DNA of 64,000 nt, taken from the IMG/VR virus record IMGVR_UViG_3300036670_000209, positions 39,040 to 103,039 of that record. One strand, 5' to 3'. The DNA comes from a virus. Shown in pieces: positions 1 to 9,422 of this stretch (its first letter is position 1; the number at the start of each line of letters is the position of its first letter). The translations under genes were made by a program, and so were the position numbers. Below the pieces are notes generated by a model that did not search any database, was not told the DNA's origin, and saw only the letters and a list, made by a program, of their open reading frames with translations.

Positions 1-277
1 CCCTGGCCTGATCCAGGGTCATATCAAAATATTTGATAATATCAGGGCTGGAAAACAGGGCCATGATAGCATCCTGTGCTGCTGGAATCAGGGTACATCG
101 CTCGGAGTTCCAGGATGCTAGCTCCTCACTATGACGTATGGGATCCTGTGCTGCCATGGTCTCAAAAAATTCTGTTTTCCACTGATGTTTTGGCAGATCC
201 ACTGTGATCTGCAGATGTTTATACAGTTTGATGGCGGTCTGTATTTCTTTGATTCTGGTGGTATATGTGTGAGTCAT
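1..277 (-). CDS. Divergent member of the WSHLPNA paralog family (runs off window edge)
   Basis: Hand translation from ATG 277: MTHTYTTRIK...AAQDAIMALFSSPDIIKYFDMTLDQAR, matching the family C-terminal motif; promoter at 301-329. Confidence 0.6.
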   Translation of the reverse strand, partial: MTHTYTTRIKEIQTAIKLYKHLQITVDLPKHQWKTEFFETMAAQDPIRHSEELASWNSERCTLIPAAQDAIMALFSSPDIIKYFDMTLDQAR

Positions 278-300
278 GTGGATTATTGTATAATACAAAC

Positions 301-329
301 ACTATAACATCTGACCACCAGCACGTCAA
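301..329 (-). promoter_or_regulatory. sigma70-type promoter TTGACG-N17-TATAGT
   Basis: Read on minus strand upstream of ATG 277. Confidence 0.6.
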
Positions 330-367
330 CTACACCGGTTCCCATGACCGATCGCCACAGATAGTCA

Positions 368-730
368 CTATTCTGGTATCTGGTTCACTGCCAGGTATTG
401 TAACCAAGCCCACAGCAATAATCCCCCAGGATCCTGTTTAAGTGCAATTAACACCAGTGCCTCCCCACTGGGCATGGTCATGTAACTGGCACATGACTCA
501 TGATATACCAGTGCCCACATGGCTGCAATATTAGCTGCGTGACCGTTGGACCGCCTGGAACACTCACTGAATATCAGCAACTGGTCGTTTGATATTGGAT
601 GGGCCACATGGTCCCATGTCTCCATGAGTGTGACAAATACCCCGTCGCAGTTATGCGAGCTAGTTTCCACTGGAAATTGTAGGACTCGATCAATGTGTGC
701 CGAATTGGGCAGGTGACTCCATGCTGTCAT
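368..730 (-). CDS. WSHLPNA-family paralog (array 1, divergent core)
   Basis: MTAWSHLPNSAHIDRVL start after AAGGA RBS; DPGGLLLWAWL end. Confidence 0.8.
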   Translation of the reverse strand: MTAWSHLPNSAHIDRVLQFPVETSSHNCDGVFVTLMETWDHVAHPISNDQLLIFSECSRRSNGHAANIAAMWALVYHESCASYMTMPSGEALVLIALKQDPGGLLLWAWLQYLAVNQIPE

Positions 731-758
731 GATGTTTCCTTGGTTGTTCATGTGACAA

Positions 759-1244
759 TTATAACACCAGATCTGTGGTTATCGTCTGAATTTCTTCTAA
801 AAAAGTCACATATGGCACCAGTAGAATCGCGGCAGGATCGTCACTCAAAGCACTCCAAATTTGCAGTTGATCTGCGGTCATGGTCAGGTAGCGGGCACAG
901 TGATCATAGGCAATCAGAGCCAATACTGCATTCCATGCTGCATCCCGTGCTGCGGACCATACTGCATGCTGTGCCGCCGTGAGGGTGTTACTTATCACAG
1001 GCCATGCGACATCCCATACCTGAGTCTTGGTCACGATCCAAGCAGCTATCCGTGGTGCATCAGGTATCAGGTAGTTAACTGTTCTCAGAGTCATATCCAT
1101 GCGCAACGCCATGCTTTCGCTGGTCTTGTCAAGTGTTTCCCTTGCGTGTTGATAGTTGACACCGGATGCAGAGAAGGATGATGACATATTGGCTATCACT
1201 GCATCAATATGCAGTGCATTGGGCAAGAGAATACATTCAGTCAT
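759..1244 (-). CDS. WSHLPNA-family paralog (array 1)
   Basis: Start moved to MTECILLPNALHID (ATGA overlap with upstream gene); conserved YDHC.RYLTMTADQL...DPAAILL end. Confidence 0.85.
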   Translation of the reverse strand: MTECILLPNALHIDAVIANMSSSFSASGVNYQHARETLDKTSESMALRMDMTLRTVNYLIPDAPRIAAWIVTKTQVWDVAWPVISNTLTAAQHAVWSAARDAAWNAVLALIAYDHCARYLTMTADQLQIWSALSDDPAAILLVPYVTFLEEIQTITTDLVL

Positions 1245-1678
1245 GATGTTTCCTTTGTTTTGATGTGCCCCAAGAAAGTCACATAGGGTAGTAATAGCAC
1301 ACTGGCAGGATCTGTGCTCAGTGCACCCCATATTTTCAGTTGATCTGAGGTCATGGTCAGATATCGGTCACAGTGATCATGGGCAACTAATGCCAATATT
1401 GCATCCCATACCATGTTACTTACTCCGTCACGTGCCACATATCGTGCCACATCCTTGGCTGTATCCTTCGCTGTACCCAATGCCGCATTCCATGCCGCAC
1501 TCAAAGCCACATCCCTTGCCGCATCAAATACCGCACTCAATGCCACATTTCTTGCCGCGGCCCATACCACATCCCTTGTCGCATCGCGTGCTGGCATTGG
1601 TCTAATAGGAAACAATTCCACGTAGGTCAACACCTGATCAATATGTGCCGCATTGGGCAAGTGACTCCATTCAGTCAT
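1241..1678 (-). CDS. WSHLPNA-family paralog (array 1)
   Basis: MTEWSHLPNAAHID; Ala/Trp repeat core; conserved C-terminus. Confidence 0.85.
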   Translation of the reverse strand: MTEWSHLPNAAHIDQVLTYVELFPIRPMPARDATRDVVWAAARNVALSAVFDAARDVALSAAWNAALGTAKDTAKDVARYVARDGVSNMVWDAILALVAHDHCDRYLTMTSDQLKIWGALSTDPASVLLLPYVTFLGHIKTKETS

Positions 1679-1706
1679 GATGTTTCCTTGGTTGTTCATG
1701 TGACAA

Positions 1707-2117
1707 TTATAACACCAGATCTGTGGTTATCGTCTGAATTTCTTCTAAAAAGGTCACATAGGGGACCAGTAGAATTGCTGCAGGATCATCGCTCAATGTG
1801 CCCCATACCCGCAGTTGATCAGCGGTCATGGTCAGGTAGCGGGCACATTGGTCATAGGCCACTAATGTCAGTATGGCCTGTCTTGCTGCATTCCATTGTG
1901 ACCCCCAGACCACATCTCCTGCTGAATTGCGTAGTGCTTCTTTTTTCACTGCATTCCATATATCATCCCTGGATCGCTCATAAATATTATCCCATACTGC
2001 ATCTATTGCTGGATTTACTTTCTCTGGCAGTACACCAATTCTGTCGGGATATGCCAGTAAAGTAGCCAGCACCTGATTGATGTGCACAGCATTGGGCAAG
2101 TGACTCCATGCAGTCAT
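1707..2117 (-). CDS. WSHLPNA-family paralog (array 1)
   Basis: Conserved termini; ATGA coupling. Confidence 0.85.
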   Translation of the reverse strand: MTAWSHLPNAVHINQVLATLLAYPDRIGVLPEKVNPAIDAVWDNIYERSRDDIWNAVKKEALRNSAGDVVWGSQWNAARQAILTLVAYDQCARYLTMTADQLRVWGTLSDDPAAILLVPYVTFLEEIQTITTDLVL

Positions 2118-2551
2118 ACCTGTTCCTTTATTGCAGCATGTTCAAATAGGGTCACATAGGGCAGTAACAGCACGGCTGCAGGATCTGCACCCAACGCACA
2201 CCATACACGCAGTTGATCTGCGGTCATGGTCAGATATCGGTCACTGTGGTCATAGGCAATCAGGGCCAATATTGCATCCTGCCCACTATCCCATCGTTCC
2301 ATGTCAACAGGCATATCACTTACGGTATCCCATGCTGCATCCCGCGCTGCGTTCCATGCCGTATTCTTTGCTGCATCATGGACCACATCCTGCGCCACCT
2401 CCCATGCCGCAAAGCGCGGACTCCATTCCGGCTCACCCTCTGTGCTTCTGGTACGTTGATAGGATGACCCAAATGCATATGAACATACTGCCAAGTCAGA
2501 CAACACCTGATCAATATGTGCCGCATTGGGCAAATAGTTCCAATCGGTCAT
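2114..2551 (-). CDS. WSHLPNA-family paralog (array 1)
   Basis: MTDWNYLPNAAHID; conserved C-terminus. Confidence 0.85.
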   Translation of the reverse strand: MTDWNYLPNAAHIDQVLSDLAVCSYAFGSSYQRTRSTEGEPEWSPRFAAWEVAQDVVHDAAKNTAWNAARDAAWDTVSDMPVDMERWDSGQDAILALIAYDHSDRYLTMTADQLRVWCALGADPAAVLLLPYVTLFEHAAIKEQV

Positions 2552-2991
2552 GATATATTCCTTGTTTGGTCACAACATCCACTGATCGTCATTGCTTCAA
2601 TACTTTCCAATATGGTCACATAGGAAAGTACCAAGGCGCTGGAAGGATAACCGCTTAACTCACTCCACACTTGCAGTTCATCTGCAGTCATGGACAAATA
2701 ATGACCACTATGATCGTATGCAACCAGTGCCAACGTCACATCCCACATGATCCATCTAGCTGACCATGTCCATGTGATCAACTTTGACGGCATCGCTGAT
2801 TCCACTGCCACCAACACTGCATCCCATTCCTTTTCTCTTGATGCTGCTTTGACCGCACGCCACGCAGCGTGCTGTATGTCTGTGCCGCATCCTGTGTGAT
2901 GCACTGCATCAAGATGAGTGGAGAATGCCCCCACTTTAGACATTACCTGATCTATGTGCCGTGCATTGGGCAAGTGACTCCATGCAGTCAT
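2548..2991 (-). CDS. WSHLPNA-family paralog (array 1)
   Basis: Conserved termini; ATGA coupling. Confidence 0.85.
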   Translation of the reverse strand: MTAWSHLPNARHIDQVMSKVGAFSTHLDAVHHTGCGTDIQHAAWRAVKAASREKEWDAVLVAVESAMPSKLITWTWSARWIMWDVTLALVAYDHSGHYLSMTADELQVWSELSGYPSSALVLSYVTILESIEAMTISGCCDQTRNIS

Positions 2992-3428
2992 GCTGTTTCC
3001 TTGTTGATGTTTTCCAAGAAAGTCACATATGGAACCAACAAGATCGCTGCTGGATCTGTGCCCAGGGCGCTCCAGGCGCGTAGCTGATCTGCGGTCATGG
3101 TCAGATATCGGTCACTGTAATCATAGGCAACCAATGCCAATATCGCATCCCGCATCACTATGTCGACGATCACCTGCCGTGGCGCATCCCATGCTGCATC
3201 CCTTGCCGCACGCCATGCCGTACGCCGTGCCGCATCCCTTGCCGCATCCCTTGCCGCATCCCACGCCACATTCTTCGCCGCACGCCATGCCGCGCCCGAT
3301 GGCAGCAAAGCTTGTGCCACCTCTTGTGACACACATGCGGCTGGAATTGGTGTAATATGTAACAACCGTATATTGGCTATCACTGCATCAATATGCAGTG
3401 CATTGGGCAGGTGACTCCATGCAGTCAT
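2988..3428 (-). CDS. WSHLPNA-family paralog (array 1)
   Basis: Conserved termini; DAARDAARDAAR core. Confidence 0.85.
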   Translation of the reverse strand: MTAWSHLPNALHIDAVIANIRLLHITPIPAACVSQEVAQALLPSGAAWRAAKNVAWDAARDAARDAARRTAWRAARDAAWDAPRQVIVDIVMRDAILALVAYDYSDRYLTMTADQLRAWSALGTDPAAILLVPYVTFLENINKETA

Positions 3429-3838
3429 GCCAGTTCCTTTGAGGTATTATGCTCCATGAAAGTCACATAGGGCAGTAACAGTACGGCTGCTGGATCTGTG
3501 CCCAGGGCGCTCCAGGCGCGTAGCTGATCTGCGGTCATGGTCAGATATCGGTCACTGTAATCATAGACAACCAGTGCTAGTATCACAGACTGTGATACAT
3601 CCCATGCTGCACCCCATGACGAATTCCACGCCGCATTCCACGCTGCATCTAATATTGTATCTCTTGATGCTGCTTGGGCCGCAAGCCATGCCACATCTTG
3701 CGCCACATCCTGTACCGCACGCCATGCCGTATGGCCCGCCACACTACATGCTGGCGTCGGTCTAACATGTAATAACTGTATGTTAATCAACGCCTGATCT
3801 ATGTGCCGTGCATTGGGCAAGTGACTCCATGCAGTCAT
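3425..3838 (-). CDS. WSHLPNA-family paralog (array 1)
   Basis: Conserved termini; DAAWNAAW core. Confidence 0.85.
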   Translation of the reverse strand: MTAWSHLPNARHIDQALINIQLLHVRPTPACSVAGHTAWRAVQDVAQDVAWLAAQAASRDTILDAAWNAAWNSSWGAAWDVSQSVILALVVYDYSDRYLTMTADQLRAWSALGTDPAAVLLLPYVTFMEHNTSKELA

Positions 3839-4230
3839 GCCAGTTCCTTTGAGGTATTATGCTCCATGAAAGTCACATAGGACAGTAACAAGATCGCTGC
3901 AGGATCTGCGCTCAGCGCACCCCATACCTGTAGTTGGTCTGAGGTCATGGTCAAATATCGGTCACAATAATCATAGGCAACTAATGCCAATATCGCATAC
4001 TGCGCCGCATCTCTCGCCGTATTCCTTGCCGCACTCCACGATGTAGTCCATGCCGCATCTAGTATTCTATCTCTCGATGCTGCGTTGGCCGCATCTCTTG
4101 CCGCATACCATGCCGCAACCACCGCCGCATCCCGCGCCACACTGTGTACTGGTGTAATGAGCAACGACCGTATATTGGCTATCACTGCATTAATATGCCG
4201 TGCATTGGGCAAGTGACTCCACGCGTTCAT
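3835..4230 (-). CDS. WSHLPNA-family paralog (array 1)
   Basis: MNAWSHLPNARHIN; conserved C-terminus. Confidence 0.85.
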   Translation of the reverse strand: MNAWSHLPNARHINAVIANIRSLLITPVHSVARDAAVVAAWYAARDAANAASRDRILDAAWTTSWSAARNTARDAAQYAILALVAYDYCDRYLTMTSDQLQVWGALSADPAAILLLSYVTFMEHNTSKELA

Positions 4231-4706
4231 ATGTTTTCCTGAGTAGTAGTTGTTATACCAGTTGTGTTGATCGCGTCACGTAGTTGTAACCAAGTGAGTA
4301 TTGTTCTCCAGCCCATGGGTTGCGCCAGTGCCAGTATGACTCCTGCGTGCTCCAATCCCATGAGAGAATAATCAATCAATGAATCATTGGTAACCAGCAG
4401 CATGATCATATCCAGCAACCAGCGGGCTCGCTCCAGGTCAATGTCGTGGTCCCGATCACTATCACTTAGATAATAACCACTATCACCTAGATAATAACCC
4501 AGTGGGCCGTTCATCTGATGGTCCACTGCTTCACAGATCTGAACTTGCTGTATGGTTTTGGCATCTCTGCACTGTAGCCAATCATCATCGCACAAACACT
4601 GCACATCAATCTGAGGTAGGCTATCCCAGATGTTTGATTTGGACTGCATGAGCTGAATCAGCTCATCAATCAGCTGGGCGTTGGCCAGATGTGACCAGAA
4701 TACCAT
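4227..4706 (-). CDS. Divergent WSHLPNA-family paralog
   Basis: Start moved to MVFWSHLANAQLID; weak similarity at the C-terminus. Confidence 0.65.
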   Translation of the reverse strand: MVFWSHLANAQLIDELIQLMQSKSNIWDSLPQIDVQCLCDDDWLQCRDAKTIQQVQICEAVDHQMNGPLGYYLGDSGYYLSDSDRDHDIDLERARWLLDMIMLLVTNDSLIDYSLMGLEHAGVILALAQPMGWRTILTWLQLRDAINTTGITTTTQENI

Positions 4707-4800
4707 TATTGTGCTTCCAGGTGTATGGCATGACGTACATGCAAATAGGGCATCAGCAGCTGGTCCAGGTAAACTGCATTGGGCAGCTGACACCAGGCAT

Positions 4801-5811
4801 TCATGATATACACTGGGAAAATGCCAGGCTGGCAATATTCTTACCCTTGGCCTCGCACTGTATGTCAAAGTCTTGTGAAAATCCTGCTGCCCAGCGATTC
4901 ACCGCGTGATTCCAATAATAGTCAGAATGCGCTCGTAATTTCTGACGATTATGCCCAGTGCCCAGCAGACTGGCCAGATCTGGCCTGACCTCAGGATCAT
5001 GTGCCACCAGATAGTCCTCACGAGATACCGAATAATGACACGCAGGTCTGACACCTCTCCAGCTGTCAATAACTCGCCGGACCTGATCGTCCTGGGGATC
5101 AATATATTCCCCTTCACGAATCCAATTGTGATGGATATCCATCACAATGGGCACAATGTCTGCAATTTGCAAGCAGTCACTGAGCCCCCAACTATTTTCT
5201 TCGTTTTCTATGGTAATACAATTCCTGGCCTCAGGGCTCAGCTGCTGGTATGCACGTCGGATACCATCAGGGCCCTGTTTACCGCTGATGTGCACATTGA
5301 TCTTAAAGTCTTGAAAAGTTTTGCCGTAGCCCATCCAGCGTGCCATGTCAGCATGATACTCAAACTCAGCCAGACTACGCTCCACGATACCAGGATTTTC
5401 ACTGGCCAGTACCACAAACTGTCCTGGATGCATGCTCAGTCTCACATCCAGTGCTCGGGCAGCCTGCCCCACCCTGGCAAACTCCCTGGCGCAGTATTCA
5501 CGAACATCGTCACGTTGCCAGAAATAACTCCAATCTCGCTGTGTATACACGGGCAGCTGATTGCTGCCCAGCCGCACCATGCGCAGATTGTCCGGCAGGC
5601 TGCCCACATACTGCACCAGGTTCAGTGCACTGCCGGTATTATGCACCATGATGTCCCACAGTCTTTGCTCGGCATCTGCACGTGTCTGTCTGTTTAACCA
5701 GGCCACCGTGGTACATTTTTCAGTACGAGCTCGCTGAATTTCTTCCAGTAATTTCACTGGCTGTGTTTGGTCTGGATGTAAATACTTACAGCAAAATCCC
5801 ACTCTACCCAT
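4801..5811 (-). CDS. uvsE: UV-damage endonuclease (UvsE/UvdE family)
   Basis: RLSMHPGQF, INVHI, TIENEE, DIHH, HYS, AHSD, EAKGK motifs of the UVDE TIM barrel; GGAG RBS before ATG 5811. Confidence 0.92.
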   Translation of the reverse strand: MGRVGFCCKYLHPDQTQPVKLLEEIQRARTEKCTTVAWLNRQTRADAEQRLWDIMVHNTGSALNLVQYVGSLPDNLRMVRLGSNQLPVYTQRDWSYFWQRDDVREYCAREFARVGQAARALDVRLSMHPGQFVVLASENPGIVERSLAEFEYHADMARWMGYGKTFQDFKINVHISGKQGPDGIRRAYQQLSPEARNCITIENEENSWGLSDCLQIADIVPIVMDIHHNWIREGEYIDPQDDQVRRVIDSWRGVRPACHYSVSREDYLVAHDPEVRPDLASLLGTGHNRQKLRAHSDYYWNHAVNRWAAGFSQDFDIQCEAKGKNIASLAFSQCIS

Positions 5812-5872
5812 GATCAACTCCAGTAATATAATTAATAATTCGCAATGTGTACATTATACACTATAATGCTGG

Positions 5873-6889
5873 TTAGAAACCAACCAGGTCCTGAATAATT
5901 TCATAGTGATCTTCAAAGCACTCGGCACTGTTTATTTCTGCAAAAGGTACCCAACGTGCTCGTGTGGCATCATCTGAACCTTTTACACGTGGTAAATCAC
6001 CATCAGGCAACCGAATCAGTTGCACATGGGTGATGATTCTACCACGCGCACTGCGATCTATTGCATCATATACCCGGCTGCGTACAATGCTACCACGTAA
6101 CACTGGTTCAGGTACCCTGATCAGGGTTTCTTCTCTGAGTTCTCGGATAGCTGCATCCACTACGGTGTTGTCAGTCTGTGCATTAATGTATCCGCCAGGC
6201 AGCGCCCATAACCCACGGCCCGGCTCAGCGCGTCGTTTGATCATGAGCACATGTCCGCTGCACACCACCACTGCATCAGCAGTGCTGAATATAGGAGGAT
6301 ACCTGAGCCCAGCATATTGCCGATTATGATCCACGATAAATTCACGCTCCCTGATCACCTGAGAGTAGTCATCAGTGCGGGCAAAATTCTCCAACCAGTC
6401 ATGCACTGGCAAGGGTACCACTCCTTTGATGAAATTATAGTTCACCTGGCGTTTGAAATACAGGTCCCTGATGTCCACTGCGCTCAGTGGCTGTATACTT
6501 TCCACATTCTCGTATGCCCACTGTGGAAACATATCCAGATAAAAGGAACTTTCATCTTTTTTATGCCCAATCATGCCCACACGGGCACCGGAATGCGCAT
6601 GTGCGGCCACCAGCTGTTGTACCCTGGTGGCCCAGGCCTGGTTATTGTACAGGCTGTCAGTGGTGGATTCCACGGAAATATTCAAGCTCAATCCGCCAGT
6701 GGCCAGGCGTATCATGTGCGCACGTTCTACAAAAGTAAATGGATTCTTGAATGTTCGGGGAAGATTTGCACTACCCACCACAATCACCAGTTTGTCACAC
6801 ATGGCGGTTGCTCGCTTGATGATCTCCAGGTGAGCATTGTGCAGTGGTTGGAATCTGCCAATAAAAACCAAAACGTCATATTTGTTCAT
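5873..6889 (-). CDS. Bifunctional NMN adenylyltransferase / Nudix ADP-ribose pyrophosphatase (NadM-Nudix)
   Basis: GRFQPLHNAH (HxxH) and KNPF; Nudix box ALPGG...AAIRELREET; GSDDA; FEDH. Confidence 0.92.
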   Translation of the reverse strand: MNKYDVLVFIGRFQPLHNAHLEIIKRATAMCDKLVIVVGSANLPRTFKNPFTFVERAHMIRLATGGLSLNISVESTTDSLYNNQAWATRVQQLVAAHAHSGARVGMIGHKKDESSFYLDMFPQWAYENVESIQPLSAVDIRDLYFKRQVNYNFIKGVVPLPVHDWLENFARTDDYSQVIREREFIVDHNRQYAGLRYPPIFSTADAVVVCSGHVLMIKRRAEPGRGLWALPGGYINAQTDNTVVDAAIRELREETLIRVPEPVLRGSIVRSRVYDAIDRSARGRIITHVQLIRLPDGDLPRVKGSDDATRARWVPFAEINSAECFEDHYEIIQDLVGF

Positions 6890-7218
6890 TTTAGTGACTC
6901 CTTTGCCAGTTTAAACACCTTCAATGCGGTGTCAGCTGCTATACCTTCAGCCTGGCAGGCGTGAGTAAATTTCAGAGCTTTTTGCAAATACTCTCCATGA
7001 GTATGAGCAAGCCAGTCATCCTGTTTGTTTTTCATCTCATAGAACCATCCGCAACCATCCGTGTGATTATGAGTACAAAATATACTGTGCAGTGTTTTGG
7101 CCAGTTGGTAACGGGGTTCAAGTTTAGCTAATGTGAGCTGTTGCTCAAGATCGGCCAATTCTCGGGTACGTTTTTTGATTTCTTCTTCAATTTCGAAGAG
7201 TGTTAGGGCTGTTGACAT
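6886..7218 (-). CDS. Hypothetical protein, paralog of 24687-25097
   Basis: LAKTLHSIFCTHNHTD vs LAKQLYALVCSKNHSD; own promoter upstream. Confidence 0.7.
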   Translation of the reverse strand: MSTALTLFEIEEEIKKRTRELADLEQQLTLAKLEPRYQLAKTLHSIFCTHNHTDGCGWFYEMKNKQDDWLAHTHGEYLQKALKFTHACQAEGIAADTALKVFKLAKESLK

Positions 7219-7283
7219 TGAAAAATCCTTTCAATTAATATCATGTTGCGTTGCGTCTATCGCATTGCTTGCTGTTCCATATC

Positions 7284-7312
7284 AGTATAACACCAAATTA
7301 TATATCTGTCAA
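7284..7312 (-). promoter_or_regulatory. sigma70-type promoter TTGACA-N17-TATACT
   Basis: Read directly. Confidence 0.7.
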
Positions 7313-7339
7313 GTGCTGGCACCCAGTGTGACACTGTGA

Positions 7340-7564
7340 TTATTGGTTAACTCCAAAATGTTTCCTAATCCGTTTTGAACACTCGCTGACTATCGAGCCC
7401 CTTGAATCTGACTCGGATACTATCCAACATTGTGTTACACATTCTTCTACAATCAACTCAGCAAACTTTTTTAACTCTTGTTCGCAATCATCACCTGATT
7501 CACTGAACCAAGAATCCATGAATCCGGCCACATCAGCCAGTTGTTTTATTCGTTCATTTATCAT
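7340..7564 (-). CDS. MNERI/HFG-family small protein
   Basis: NERIKQLA...KFAELIVEEC...RKHFGV. Confidence 0.75.
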   Translation of the reverse strand: MINERIKQLADVAGFMDSWFSESGDDCEQELKKFAELIVEECVTQCWIVSESDSRGSIVSECSKRIRKHFGVNQ

Positions 7565-7761
7565 GTGGGTTTTCTCAAACTATCAGCAAACCATTCATTC
7601 AGATTAGCATTCAGTGCGGGCAAAGTATCCTCATTGAATTCATGCTCGCACTCCGCTCTAATCATTCGAAATAATTCAGTGATTCGTTCTGAATGACTAA
7701 AACCCTGCGTGACTTCGCGTCGAATAATTCTACGCATGAACCATTGTTCAAAAATATTCAT
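7561..7761 (-). CDS. Hypothetical protein
   Basis: ORF track; coupled to neighbour. Confidence 0.6.
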   Translation of the reverse strand: MNIFEQWFMRRIIRREVTQGFSHSERITELFRMIRAECEHEFNEDTLPALNANLNEWFADSLRKPT

Positions 7762-7807
7762 TCCTTACTCCTAAAATGTTGTTTGATTTTTGTTGATCCA
7801 CTGGTGC

Positions 7808-8065
7808 TCATACTAGATCTTTATCTACACTGTCCATCATTTTTACAATATGGTCATCCAATGTAATTTTTCCATCTGTATATTCATATAGATACGCAGT
7901 TGGATCATTAATCGTAACGGCCAAATCCTGGTGTACAAAATCGTATTCTTTGAATGTCCAAGCTGGCAAACTTTTATCATAAACTCGAAAAACATACTTG
8001 TCATGCGACCACATGATAACTCCATTGATACCATCTGCACTAGTGTTTGAAATAAGCTTGCTCAT
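7808..8065 (-). CDS. Hypothetical protein
   Basis: ORF track; ATGA coupling. Confidence 0.6.
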   Translation of the reverse strand: MSKLISNTSADGINGVIMWSHDKYVFRVYDKSLPAWTFKEYDFVHQDLAVTINDPTAYLYEYTDGKITLDDHIVKMMDSVDKDLV

Positions 8066-8259
8066 TTTACAAACCTTGGCATTCTATTATGTATGCCATC
8101 ATAAATGTAGCAGCCCAAACACGGCAACATACCTTCGAGATCATCACTGGAATGACGATCAATGAGAGAATGGTCACCATCAACTAGCATATAATATAAA
8201 CTGGTTGTACCTTCGTCAATCTGCGGTTTAAAAATATGTTCTAGGTCAGTTAGTGTCAT
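8062..8259 (-). CDS. Hypothetical protein
   Basis: ORF track. Confidence 0.55.
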   Translation of the reverse strand: MTLTDLEHIFKPQIDEGTTSLYYMLVDGDHSLIDRHSSDDLEGMLPCLGCYIYDGIHNRMPRFVK

Positions 8260-8261
8260 TA

Positions 8262-8456
8262 TTAATCTCCAAAATGTTGTTTGATTTTCTTATTCACAAA
8301 GGCATAACGCTCAGTATCAATTAATCCCTCTGCCCATTGTGCCCCAACATCAGCACATTCCATCACAATTAACTCGGCGAACTTTGCCAAGTCAATATTG
8401 TGCTGAGAATAACTGTGATGGCATTGTGCAGCAAGCTGTAAAATTCGTTCGTTCAT
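8262..8456 (-). CDS. MNERI/HFG-family small protein
   Basis: MNERILQLA...KFAELIVMEC...KQHFGD. Confidence 0.75.
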   Translation of the reverse strand: MNERILQLAAQCHHSYSQHNIDLAKFAELIVMECADVGAQWAEGLIDTERYAFVNKKIKQHFGD

Positions 8457-8635
8457 TTATGTAACCATGTGTTATATGCAATATTCGTACCAATGAGTAG
8501 CCAAATGATAGCAAGTCCAGCCTGGCTGTGAAACAAGAAATTTAAACCAGCTGCTGTGTTTAGTGCACTGACTGTATATCCGATGGGCCTATGATTATGT
8601 GATAACCAGTCTGCAACAAAGATAATTTTATTCAT
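8453..8635 (-). CDS. Small membrane protein
   Basis: Hydrophobic segments; coupled ORF. Confidence 0.55.
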   Translation of the reverse strand: MNKIIFVADWLSHNHRPIGYTVSALNTAAGLNFLFHSQAGLAIIWLLIGTNIAYNTWLHK

Positions 8636-9113
8636 TTTTAATTCCCAAATGTGTTGCCAGCTGCTGCTCTGGTTTGCTGATATGGTTTAATATCAGCTGT
8701 ATATAATTTGCCAACAGTATTGCCGCAGGGTCATTTTTAAGCAGCCCCCAGGGCAGTAGTTGGTTGGCGTTCGCTTCCAGATAGTCAGATGCATGGTCCC
8801 ATATCAGTATGGCTTGCATGGCATCCACTATGATCACACTGCTGAAGTTCACTATACTATCATGATATGCCTGGAACTCGTTACTGAACATACGTTCCAC
8901 ACGTATTTGACGCAGTTGCCACCAAACTTTGTGCTGGGCGCTAGTTTCCGGCTGCTGGCGTACCAGTGCCACCATCAACTCCCGGGCACCAGCCAACTGA
9001 TGCAGATCCACTGCACCAGGATCAATGGAGGGCACCACCGGTGCATTCTGCATATGTTCCCACATGTTTTCAAGTATTGCACTGTTGGGTTGTTGTGTAA
9101 ATATTGGCTTCAT
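8628..9113 (-). CDS. Divergent solo WSHLPNA-family paralog
   Basis: Start MKPIFTQQPNSAIL; DAMQAILIWDHASDYL...QLLPWGLLKNDPAAILL; promoter TTGACA-N17-TATACT at 9139-9167. Confidence 0.7.
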   Translation of the reverse strand: MKPIFTQQPNSAILENMWEHMQNAPVVPSIDPGAVDLHQLAGARELMVALVRQQPETSAQHKVWWQLRQIRVERMFSNEFQAYHDSIVNFSSVIIVDAMQAILIWDHASDYLEANANQLLPWGLLKNDPAAILLANYIQLILNHISKPEQQLATHLGIKNE

Positions 9114-9422
9114 ATGGTGTGTTTGATGGACTGATACCAGTATACAGTAAAGCGACATACCTGTCAAACTCCAGATCATAGCATGTTAAACAGTGCTGGC
9201 ATGTAGTAAAAATAGGTAAATAACATCCAAATAGCCATCCATCTCTGTTGCCGGCCCTGGCAATATTCACGATAGGTCAATAGCACCAAGGAAATATAAA
9301 TCACATGAGGAATTAATAATTTGATTATCATCTGGGTACTCATAGCAGTGGGCATGGTTATTTAATTGGCAGGCCATGTGCAGGCTGAGCGAACATGGCA
9401 TCTGGTTTCGTAAGTGGAATTT

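Noticed and set aside
4951-6964. Plus-strand 248-aa and 237-aa ORFs
   Set aside because: Antisense to uvsE and NadM-Nudix; no recognisable motifs.
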